NCBI GenBank assembly: GCA_963751345.1
Contig: CAVVUS010000017.1
Coordinates: 1 to 43,499, forward strand
DNA from: an uncultured Chloroflexia bacterium
GTDB lineage: Bacteria > Chloroflexota > Anaerolineae > B4-G1 > SLSP01
Length of the DNA: 43,499 nucleotides
Direction of reading: 5' to 3'
Shown: in pieces, positions 10,139 to 18,893 of the stretch
Layout: each line of letters starts with the position of its first letter
How positions within the stretch are numbered: the stretch's first letter is position 1
Program-made: the position numbers and the translations under genes
The notes under the pieces: generated by a model
The model's input: the letters and a program-made list of their open reading frames with translations, nothing else
Databases searched by the model: none
What the model was told of the DNA's origin: nothing

Positions 10139-11725
10139 TTGATCGCACGTGGGTACTACCGCTGGCTCTGTGAGTCACTGACCGACATCTCGGGCTTCAG
10201 CGAGCATATCGTCCGGCGCCCGCTGCGCGGCTATCAGTTGCGACCGGCGGCGGCGATCATGCACTCGATCCTGGAGAGCCGCGGCCTCACGTTCGCCGTG
10301 ATGATGTCGCGCCAGGCCGGCAAGAACGAGCTCTCCGCGCAGTTGGAGGCCTATCTGATGAACCTCCACGTGCGTGCCGGCGGCGGGATCGTGAAGGCGT
10401 CGCCGACCTTCAAACCGCAGACGCTCAACTCCATCATGCGGCTGACCGACCGGCTGGACAACGCCTGGAACGGGCGCAGGCACAGCGCGTTCCGTTACCG
10501 GCGCCGCGACGGCTACATCGTCGAACTCGGTGCCGCCCGCGCGTTTTTCTTCTCCGCAGAGCCCTCCGCCAACGTCGTCGGCGCCACCGCCTCGGTGCTG
10601 CTCGAAGGCGACGAAGCCCAGGACATCCTGCAGGCCAAGTGGGACAAGGATTTCTCTCCGATGGGCGCCTCGACCAACGTCACGACGGTCCTCTACGGCA
10701 CGGCCTGGACCTCGGAGACGTTTCTGGCGCGAACGATCGCCCACCTGGAGCAAGCTCAGGCCCGCGACGGTGTGCAGCGCGTCTTCAGGGTGACCGCCGA
10801 CGAGGTGGCTGCTGAGGTGCCGGCCTACGGCGCCTACGTGGCCGGCCAGGTGGCCCGTCTGGGTCGCGACCACCCCCTGGTGCGCACGCAGTTCTACCTC
10901 GAACCCATCGATGGGAGCGGAGGGCTCTTTCCCCCGGCCCGCAGGGCCCTGATGCACGGGGACCACGCGCGCCGCCACGACCCCGAGCCGGGTCACCGCT
11001 ACGCGCTGCTGATCGACGTGGCGGGCGAGGACGAGGCCGAGGGGAATGCGCTGGACCGGCTGATGCTTGCGAATCCACGCCGCGACGCCACCGCGTTGAC
11101 CGTGGTGGACGTGGTCGTTGAGCGCCGCAGGGGCGCCATCCCGCGGGGCTGCACCGCGACGGGAGCCGGCCTCGCCGAACGCCGTTTCCTCGTCGTCGAC
11201 CGGCTGCTGGCCTTGGGCACCCGCCACACCACCCTCTACGCAAAAATCCTCGCCCTCGTGGAACACTGGCACGCCGCCTGGGTCGTCGTCGATGCAACCG
11301 GGGTCGGCGCCGGCCTCGCGTCCTTCCTCACTCGCGCCCTCGGGGACCGTGTGACCCCCGTCGAGTTCTCGCCCAACGTCAAGAGCGATCTCGGCTGGGA
11401 CTTCGTCGGCCTCGTCGAAACCGGCCGCTATCAGGACTACGCCGCCGACGCCCGAGCGGACTCGGGTTCCCCCGATACCCGCCAGTTCTGGTATGAGGTC
11501 GAGGCTTGCACCTATGAGGTCGCGCAGGGGCCCGGCAAACGCATGCGCTGGGGAGTCTACGAGTCCCCCGCCTATGACGGCCTCGTCGCCCGTGGACACG
11601 ACGACCTGCTGATCTCGGCCGCCCTGTGCACCGTGGTCGACAAGCTGGCTGTGCCCGGCGATGCCGTCGGCCGCGCCCTCTTCCAACCGGATCCGCTGGA
11701 GGAAATAGACCGTGGTGAATGGTGA
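10139..11725 (+). CDS. terL: Phage terminase large subunit
   Basis: AGGAGG RBS; Walker A MSRQAGKNE, Walker B LLEGDEAQ, nuclease acidic motifs LLIDVAG, VVVDATGVG, GHDDLL; uninterrupted 528 aa. Confidence 0.88.
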   Translation: MIARGYYRWLCESLTDISGFSEHIVRRPLRGYQLRPAAAIMHSILESRGLTFAVMMSRQAGKNELSAQLEAYLMNLHVRAGGGIVKASPTFKPQTLNSIMRLTDRLDNAWNGRRHSAFRYRRRDGYIVELGAARAFFFSAEPSANVVGATASVLLEGDEAQDILQAKWDKDFSPMGASTNVTTVLYGTAWTSETFLARTIAHLEQAQARDGVQRVFRVTADEVAAEVPAYGAYVAGQVARLGRDHPLVRTQFYLEPIDGSGGLFPPARRALMHGDHARRHDPEPGHRYALLIDVAGEDEAEGNALDRLMLANPRRDATALTVVDVVVERRRGAIPRGCTATGAGLAERRFLVVDRLLALGTRHTTLYAKILALVEHWHAAWVVVDATGVGAGLASFLTRALGDRVTPVEFSPNVKSDLGWDFVGLVETGRYQDYAADARADSGSPDTRQFWYEVEACTYEVAQGPGKRMRWGVYESPAYDGLVARGHDDLLISAALCTVVDKLAVPGDAVGRALFQPDPLEEIDRGEW

Positions 11726-11840
11726 CCTTCTCGCCGCACTGGCATTCTCGGCCGGCTGTGTCGTCGGCCTCGCTTTCCCGAACCTGTTCGGAGTCTTCGC
11801 CCTGTCCGGCCGCATCACTGACCACGAACGCCTGCACTGA
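11712..11840 (+). CDS. Small hydrophobic peptide (42 aa), not in the ORF track
   Basis: GGAGG about 9 nt upstream of GTG; MVNGDLLAALAFSAGCVVGLAFPNLFGVFALSGRITDHERLH; overlaps the terL stop. Confidence 0.4.
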   Translation: MVNGDLLAALAFSAGCVVGLAFPNLFGVFALSGRITDHERLH

Positions 11841-11900
11841 TGGTGACGCGTGATGACGCAGACTCCGGTCCAGATCTGCTGTCACCACAGGAGGTCATAT

Positions 11901-13314
11901 CTGAGCCGTCTCACTGACGCCGTCGCTGTTCTGTTAGGTCGAGACGTTCGACCCCACGTGTACAACCGCCGCCGTCTCCGTCGCCGTCGACGACTCGCCC
12001 GGCTGGCAGGGCGTCAACCCCGCCCCCGGGGATCGCCCCTGGGGAGACATCTACGCCGACCTCGTCGACGCCCTCGACGCCTGGCGCAAGAACTTTATGG
12101 TCCGCCGTATCGTCGGCCTGACCCGGTCCTATACGGTCGGATCCGGTCTCACCGTCTCATGCGGCATCGAGGAGGTCGCCGAGTTTATAGACGTCTTCTG
12201 GAATCACAGCCAGAACAACGTCAGCCGGCGACTCGGGGAGATCTCCGATGCCCTGACACGCGACGGGGAGCTGTTCCCGATCCTGTTCACCAACCCCATA
12301 GACGGCATGAGCTACCTGCGCTTCAAATCGGCCCGCCAGATCCGCGAGATTGTCACCAAGCCCGACGACTTTGAGACCGTGCTATCGTTCACAGAGAACA
12401 CCGTCGCCCAGTCCCCGCGGTCCTGGATCTCGCCGGCCAACGACGCAGGCCGAGACGCTCCCGCTGCAGCCCGTGATGCTGCACTGGGCAGTCAATAAGC
12501 CCATCGATGCCACCCGCGGAGAGTCCGACCTTACCCCGATCCTACCATGGGCCCTCCGCTACTCCGAATGGCTGAAAGACCGGGTCCGCCTGAATCGCCT
12601 CCGCACCCGTCAAGGCATGCTCGACGTCGAGGTCGCCGACGATACCCAGGTTGAAGCCAAGCGCGCCCAGCTCCGCACAGGCAACCCCATCGACGCCGGC
12701 ATCTACGTCCACGGCCCCGGCGAAACCGTCACCATGCACAATCTCCAGATCAACGCCGATCGCAGCGAGGAGGACGGCCGGGTCCTGCGCCTGGCCATCG
12801 CTACAGGGTCCTCGCTTGCGCTGCACTACCTGGGAGAGGGGGAAGGCACCAACTACGCCACAGCCCGGGAGATGGGCGAGCCCACCGCCCGCTTTTTCCA
12901 GGACCGGCAGCAGCGCATCATCTGGTATCTGCACGACCTGGTCACCGTGGCCTACCGCCGCTATTGCGTTGTCCAGGGGATCACGCCGCCCGAGGATCTG
13001 CAGCTACAGACCAGTCCGTCACCGAGGTCGCCAGAGCAGACAACCAGAGCATAGCCTCCGCCACGTTGAGCATCGTCCGCGCCCTCGCCATCAGTGCCCG
13101 CCAGAACTGGATCGACGACGAGACCGCCTTGTCGATCGCCCTCAAGTTCGCCGGCGAGAACTACACCATCGAGGAGATCCGCGACATCCTGGCCACCGCC
13201 CGCAGCGAGGATGGAGACGACGACGCCGACGTCGACGTCGACGGGATCCCGGCACCACTGACGACGAACAACCGGTCACCGACGAGCAGGAGCCTTCCGA
13301 GTGACCTTGCATAA
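11901..13314 (+). CDS. Phage portal protein (several frameshifts)
   Basis: AGGAGG at about 11889; stitched frames give about 460 aa with portal-like segments (ALTRDGELFPILF, RGESDLTPILPW, HYLGEGEGTNYATAREM); position after TerL; start codon uncertain. Confidence 0.7.
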
Positions 13315-13389
13315 TGGCGCCAGCCTACTCCCCGATCGCCGGCGAGCTGGGGATACCCTGCCACCACTGGCGACACAGACGCCGGCATT

Positions 13390-13734
13390 TTGACGCCTGC
13401 GCGCCGGCATCCTGTCACCACTGGCCCGGCTGCCTACCTTGAGTGGACCAACTCCAACCCTAACCCCGCGTCTATCTGTGACATGTGCCTGCCGTTCATC
13501 GGCACGATATGGGAGCCCGGCACCGAGCCGCCCTTGCCCTTGCACCCGCACTGCTATTGCGCCTACTTCCCCACCGATCGCACACCCGCCCAAGGTCGTC
13601 CGCTGCCCGACGTCGACAGCCTACCGCCCAACGTCCGCGCAGCCTGGATCCGCTACACCGCCTGGCTCCTGCGCCTGGGTATCGTCCTGGTCCCCTTCCT
13701 GCTGCAGTTCGAGGAGGAGGCCCGCCAGTCATAA
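13390..13734 (+). CDS. Short minor head morphogenesis protein (Mu gpF/SPP1 gp7 C-terminal-like)
   Basis: ICDMC...PPLPLHPHCYC motif resembles the conserved HPNCRC motif; located between portal and protease. Confidence 0.6.
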   Translation: MTPARRHPVTTGPAAYLEWTNSNPNPASICDMCLPFIGTIWEPGTEPPLPLHPHCYCAYFPTDRTPAQGRPLPDVDSLPPNVRAAWIRYTAWLLRLGIVLVPFLLQFEEEARQS

Positions 13735-13759
13735 CCGTGACCACGAAGGAGATGAGTCT

Positions 13760-14445
13760 ATGCCCGGAACTGACCCGCAACCCGATGCACCCGGTACCTC
13801 GCCCATCAGCGACATCGACGCGCTTTCCTCGCATGCCCGCCACTGCCCGCCGGCCGCGTGCTCCTGGAGCCCGCCGAATCCGACGGCCGCCACGAGTACG
13901 CCTGCGCCTTCACCGCTGCCGGCCGCGTCAAACGCTCCGACCAGCAGCCCGCCGACTGGCTCATCCCGGCATCCGCCCTCGCCCAAGCCGCCCCCCTCTA
14001 CGACGCCCGCCCTTCCTACCTCGATCACCCCGACCTCTTCGGCTTTGGCTGGCATCAGGAGCCCAAGGTCTCGCGTCTCGTCGGCGTCACCTTCAACCCG
14101 CGACTGGTCCCCCGAGGAGGAGACCGTCCTCGGATCCCTCAGGCTTTACGACAAGGCGCCCGGGTCGCCCTGGGCACTTCGTCGGCGCCCTCTTCGACCA
14201 GATCCTCAGCGACAAAGCCAAGGGCCTGGCCGTCCCACCCATCGGCTTATCGGCTGTCTTCTTCCACACCACCCACCTCGACGAAGACACAGGACTCAGG
14301 ATCACAGACGCCATCGACTACGTCGAATCCGTCGACGTCGTCTATGATCCCGGCGCGGCCGGCTATGTCCGGGAGGCCCTCGCCGCCCTCAGACCCAAGC
14401 ACCTATTACCCGGCCGCCAATCTCACACCAGCAGGAGGACCCGCA
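13760..14445 (+). CDS. Prohead maturation protease domain (frameshifted, possibly fused to capsid)
   Basis: AAGGAG RBS and ATG 13760; YLDHP, IGLSA and VESVDVVYDPGAAG motifs resemble phage prohead serine proteases; lies just before the capsid gene. Confidence 0.6.
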
Positions 14446-15761
14446 ATGCCCGAAGAACTCGAAGCCATCACGCACCGAAGCAACCCCACGGCCCCGGCAC
14501 CACGGCCCCCGCGCCCGCGCCCGCGCCCGCAGTCCCGGCCGCGTTGACGCACCGCCTTGCCGCCCTCGAAGCTCAGCTGACCCGCCTCACCCAGGCTATG
14601 ACCAGCCTCGCCGAGGATCGCACCATCCACAGCGTCGAGAATCCCGTCCGCTCGATGCAGTCCTCGCTTGACCAGGTCACCACCGCCATCGAGGCCATGC
14701 TTGCCGGCGTCCGCCCGGCCGGCGGCATCCCGCCGCTGTCCGGCGTCCGCGAGCTCTACACGCTCCTCTCCGGCGACTTCGAGATGACCGGGATGTTTCA
14801 CCCCGATCGCGTCTATCTCGCCAACGTCAACACCTCGACCATGGCCGGTCTCGTGGCCAACGCCCTGAACAAGCGGGTCGTCAATCAGTACCAGGAGTAT
14901 CCCAAGTGGTGGGAGGCTGCAGTCACCGAAGAGGACTTCGCCAACCTCCAGGAAGTGAAGTTCATCACCCTAGGCGGGATCGGGGAACTCCCCACCGTCG
15001 CAGAGGGTGCCGTCTACACCGAACTCACCTGGGACGACCAGACCGAGACCGCAACCTTTATCAAGAAGGGTGGATATCTCGGGCTCACGATGGAGGCCAT
15101 CGACAAGGACGACACCCGCCGCCTGCAGGCGGCTCCTCGCGCCCTCGCTCAGGCTGCCTGGCTCACGCTCGGTAAGACGATCGCTGCGCTCTTCACCGCG
15201 AACTCCGGCTATGGTCCGCAGATGTCCGACACCAACTATTGCTTCGACTCCTCCAACCACGGCAACCTCGGAGCGTCCGCCTTCTCCCACGCCGCGTGGG
15301 TCGCAACCAAGGTCGCTATGATGAAGTTCGCCGAGTTGAACAGCAGCGAGCGGCTTTCCGCCCTCACCAAGCCCCATCTGCTGTGGGTCCCCGTCGACCT
15401 GGAGGACGCAGCTGTTGCCGAACTCGCCTCCGGAGAGGGTCAGGTCGGATCCGCCGACTACAACGTCAACGCCGACGCCCTGGCCAATGCCTTGACCGAT
15501 CGCCTCGGCCGGGCCCGCGAACGTGTCATCGTCTGCCCCTTCTGGACCGATACCGCCGACTGGGTCGCCCAGGCGGATCCTCGCCTCTACCCCGGCCTCG
15601 GTCTCGGCTATCGCTATGGTCGTGTCCCCGAAGTCTACAGCGTGGCCAGCCCCACAGCCGGCCTCATGTTCACCAACGACACGATGCCCATTAAGGTCCG
15701 CTTCTTCTTCGCCGCAGGGCTCACCGACTACCGGGCCTGGTACAAGCACATCGTCTCGTAG
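14446..15761 (+). CDS. Major capsid protein, Mu gpT-like, with N-terminal scaffold-like region
   Basis: AGGAGG and ATG 14446 (frameshift near 14500); VANALNKRVVNQY, ELPTVAEGAVY, GGYLGLTMEAIDKDDTRRL...PRALAQAA pattern of Mu gpT-like/HK97-fold capsids. Confidence 0.8.
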
Positions 15762-15763
15762 CA

Positions 15764-15987
15764 CGTAAGCGCGCTCTATCGCTTACGCGTGATCTCACCG
15801 CGGGGCTAACGCCCCCGCAGAAAGGGGAACAGCCGGACGTGATGCACCTATACTTGTGTGAACAACTTCACACACGTCATCGAGCGATGATGGGGAAATG
15901 TCCTACCCGCTCACGTCCGGCGCCCTTCCCTGTCGTGGTGACACCGATCGCGCTCGAGGAGCTGCAGGCCGTCACCACTCACGTCCG
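15764..15987 (+). ncRNA. Candidate structured intergenic RNA after the capsid gene
   Basis: Six complementary pairs in about 220 nt, including the 11-bp GCCGGACGTGA/TCACGTCCGGC stem that encloses two hairpins. Confidence 0.35.
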
Positions 15988-15998
15988 CTAACTTGCTA

Positions 15999-16033
15999 AC
16001 GTTCACACGTTTTCACGTTCTCACGTTCCAACG
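15999..16033 (+). repeat. ACGTTCNN octamer tandem array before an RBS
   Basis: ACGTTCAC-ACGTTTTC-ACGTTCTC-ACGTTCCA; a second array lies at 16889-16962. Confidence 0.7.
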
Positions 16034-16044
16034 AGGAGGTCCCA

Positions 16045-16404
16045 ATGTTCCGTCCGTTCTGTCACACCATCGTCGTCCCCGGCACCCTCGCCGCGGCTGT
16101 CCAGTACACCTGGACCGCCCCCATGGATTGCACGCTCCAGCACGTCTAGCATGGTGCAGTCCAACGCCGGCGACGGCCGGATCAAGATCGGCACGTCTGC
16201 CGATGATGACATCTTCCTCAGCTACACCGACAATGGGCCAGTCCGGCACGCCCGTCGAGGTCGTCGGCGCCGGCGGGCTTCCGCGGCGCCGCCACCCCCC
16301 GCATCAAGAAGGGGGACATCGTCAAGCTCAATCTGGACTACGACGGCGCCTCCGGCACCGCTGCCGCCGATGCTGTCATCGTCCTGACGTTCGAGGAAGG
16401 GTAA
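16045..16404 (+). CDS. Small beta-rich virion protein (capsid decoration candidate), frameshifted
   Basis: GAGGAGG and ATG; stitched about 118 aa MFRPFCHTIVVPGTL...IKIGTSADDD...LNLDYDG...IVLTFEEG; directly after the capsid gene. Confidence 0.55.
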
Positions 16405-16510
16405 GCGTAGACGGCGCGCCTCAGGCCTGCCGCCGCCTCCCGTTCGCCGTGGCGACATGCTCACCGGCTGGACCCGGAGGCGTGTCGCCACACTCAAAAG
16501 GAGCGCACCT

Positions 16511-16889
16511 ATGCCCAGTCTTCTACAACGTGCCGTCCTCGAATTAGGGATCGATGTACCCGTCTACCGCTAAAGCCGAGAGAGACGAGAGGGGGTGATC
16601 GTACTCTATCTCTATGGCGGCCGTGTCGTCGAGTGGACCCCGCCAACCTTGCCCGGAATGGAAGACGTCGAGAAGGTGGAGACAGCAAACACCGCTGGCC
16701 AGGCCCAGTCACCATCGATGATTTCACGTCGTTCCCGGGATCGGCGACGTCTCGGCCCAGGCCCTCACGCGTGCCGGCTTCCGCACCTTCGACGATCTCG
16801 CTTCCGCCCCCGATGACGACCTGAAGGCCGTCCTCACCGGCTACGCCTTCCGCAAGCTCAAAGACTGGCTGTACGTCAACCGGTCCTAA
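16511..16889 (+). CDS. Helix-hairpin-helix domain protein, frameshifted
   Basis: AAGGAG and ATG; stitched C-terminus DDFTSFPGIGDVSAQALTRAGFRTFDDLASA is an HhH motif. Confidence 0.55.
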
Positions 16890-16971
16890 CGTTCACACCC
16901 AGTCTGCTGGGCCACGTTCCAACGTTCACACGTTCGCCCTGAGTACCTCTCACGTTCCAACGGAGGTCCCT

Positions 16972-17438
16972 ATGATCATCGATAAGACCAAGCCCGAGCC
17001 CGAGCCCGAGCCCGGCACAGCCTACGCCTTCCCGCCTATCAACGTCGTGGTCCCTGACCAGCAGAAGCAGCAGCTCTACCAGGCGATCATGACCCTGATC
17101 ACCGTCGTCCTGTCCATCGCCCTGACCCTGACCGCCCAGGTCATCAGCCAGGCCGTCGACACCAACGCCCGAGCCCGTGCCCGGCACCAGGCTGCAGACC
17201 CGCTCCAGACGCTGGGTACGTCCCACTTCCTCGACCTCGCTGTCACCGGCGACCTGGCGTCGACGTCGGCACTGACCTCACAGCCGGAGGAGACGCCGCC
17301 ATCACTGGCGACCTGTCTGCTGACGCTATCACTGGCGCTTCTCTTGTCGTCAACTCGTCACGCCGTCCTCACCCAGTCGCCGCCATCACTATCACCGGAG
17401 TGCTCACCGACGTCGTCATCCTGTACCACCAGAACTAA
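16972..17438 (+). CDS. Membrane-anchored protein with short beta-repeat C-terminus, frameshifted
   Basis: GGAGG and ATG; TM segment AIMTLITVVLSIALTLTA; stitched tail VTGDL-GVDVGTDL-TAGGDA-AITGDL ending at TAA 17436-17438. Confidence 0.5.
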
Positions 17439-17470
17439 GGTACCAACGGCCGACCATCCAACATGTCCAC

Positions 17471-18019
17471 GTGAACACTTTCTCCTACTGCTGCGCGTCC
17501 CAACGCTCGGCCGTCTCCAAAGCCGCGGGCGTCGAACCCCTCACCTCGCCTCCGATGCACTTCGAGGCCTTCGACGCCCGCTTGCTTGAGAACCGCGATC
17601 TGCTCTACTTCGCCCTTCACGGCCTGCCCGATCAGCCCTACTGGTACGGAGACGACTACCTCACCGCCCTGTCCGTCGACGCGTTCCACGGCCTCAATCT
17701 CCGCCAGTGCACCGTCTTCGTCGCCAACTGTCACTTCACGGCCTCGCCCTTCCTGCCGGCCATCCAGGCCTGTCGCCCGCGCGCCATCATCGCCGGCAGC
17801 GGAGAGAACTACGCCCGCTCAGCCTCCCTCGTCGGTCCCCATCTCCTGGGCTACTACCTGCGCCTCGCGCCTACAAGCCGGCCTCCCGCCCCGCTCGCCC
17901 TCGCCGCCGCCAAGTTCCGCCTGCAGGTCACAACCAACCGCCTCAAGAACCGCACCGACAAGCGCACCACCGAGGATCTCGCCGCCAACCTCGACGCCCT
18001 CCAATTCGAGCTGCTCTGA
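17471..18019 (+). CDS. CHAT/caspase-like (clan CD) cysteine protease candidate
   Basis: DLLYFALHG and TVFVANCH with CHAT-like spacing (His-Gly...Cys dyad), followed by AIQACRPRAIIAG. Confidence 0.55.
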   Translation: MNTFSYCCASQRSAVSKAAGVEPLTSPPMHFEAFDARLLENRDLLYFALHGLPDQPYWYGDDYLTALSVDAFHGLNLRQCTVFVANCHFTASPFLPAIQACRPRAIIAGSGENYARSASLVGPHLLGYYLRLAPTSRPPAPLALAAAKFRLQVTTNRLKNRTDKRTTEDLAANLDALQFELL

Positions 18020-18050
18020 CCTTTGGGGTTTTCCGAGACCCCAAAGGTCT
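18018..18050. repeat. REP-like family B copy inside the phage-like operon
   Basis: GACCTTTGGGGTTTTCCGAGACCCCAAAGGTCT, same arms as the copies at 5703 and 24503. Confidence 0.8.
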
Positions 18051-18068
18051 TCCCAAAGGAGGAACACC

Positions 18069-18435
18069 ATGCCTTACCCGGTCACCCAGTACAACGAACC
18101 CGTCCTCACCGCCGCCACGATCGCCGCCTCGGCATCGCTCAGCGACGCCGTGCGCCTGCCCCCCGGCCACGTCCTCGTCGGCATCGTCATGCCCGCCACC
18201 TGGACCGCCGCCGATCTCACCTTCCAGTTCTCCGCCGACAACGTCACCTACCAGAACGCCTATGACGCCGCGGGCACCGAGTTAACCGTCACCGGCACCG
18301 CCGCCGCCACCATCCCCGTCGATCCCCTCTACTTCCGCTGCGCCCCCTTCCTCAAGGTCCGCTCCGGCACGGCCGGCACGAGCCGTCGCTCAGGCTGCCG
18401 CCCGCTCGATCGGCCTCGTCTCCCGGCCCATGTAG
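18069..18435 (+). CDS. Phage-type beta-sandwich protein, paralog 1
   Basis: AGGAGG and ATG; ATIAASASLSDAV...VGIVMPATWTAADLTFQFSADNVTY...FLKVRSGT. Confidence 0.65.
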
Positions 18436-18458
18436 CAACGTAAACCGGAGGCTGACGC

Positions 18459-18823
18459 ATGCCCTACCTGGTCACCGCCGACACACCCGGCCGCGTCCAC
18501 ACCGCCACCATCGCGCTCAGCGGATCGCTCAGCGGCGCCGTCGCCATCCCGCTACACTCACACCCTGGTCGGCCTCGTGATGCCCACCGCCTGGGACACC
18601 GCCGACCTCACCTTCCAGGGCTCCTTCGACGGCACCACCTACGCCAATCTCTACACGGACGGCGGCACCGAGGTCAACGTCCCCACCGCTGCCGGCCGCT
18701 CCATCTACGTCAACACCGCCGAACTACGCGCCTATCCCTACCTCAAGATCCGCTCCGGCACCCAGGCCACACCCGTCGCTCAGACCGCCAGCCCGCGTCA
18801 TCACCCTGATCTCGCACCCGTAA
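18459..18823 (+). CDS. Phage-type beta-sandwich protein, paralog 2, frameshifted
   Basis: GGAGG and ATG; ATIALSGSLSGAV...VGLVMPTAWDTADLTFQGSFDGTTY...YLKIRSGT, clearly paralogous to the upstream gene. Confidence 0.65.
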
Positions 18824-18893
18824 GGGGCCCGTAATGGCGACACCGGCCTCCGGATGGCCACGTCACCACGCCTCCGTGAAAGGAGCCCCGCCG

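Noticed and set aside
10175-11818. 547-aa antisense ORF and similar long shadow ORFs (e.g. 25028-26173, 29839-30876, 37937-38962)
   Set aside because: Antisense to well-supported genes, expected in high-GC DNA, and without recognisable motifs
18814-18831. GCACCCGTAAGGGGCCCG as another copy of the 18-bp element
   Set aside because: The core palindrome is broken and it coincides with a probable stop codon; may be chance
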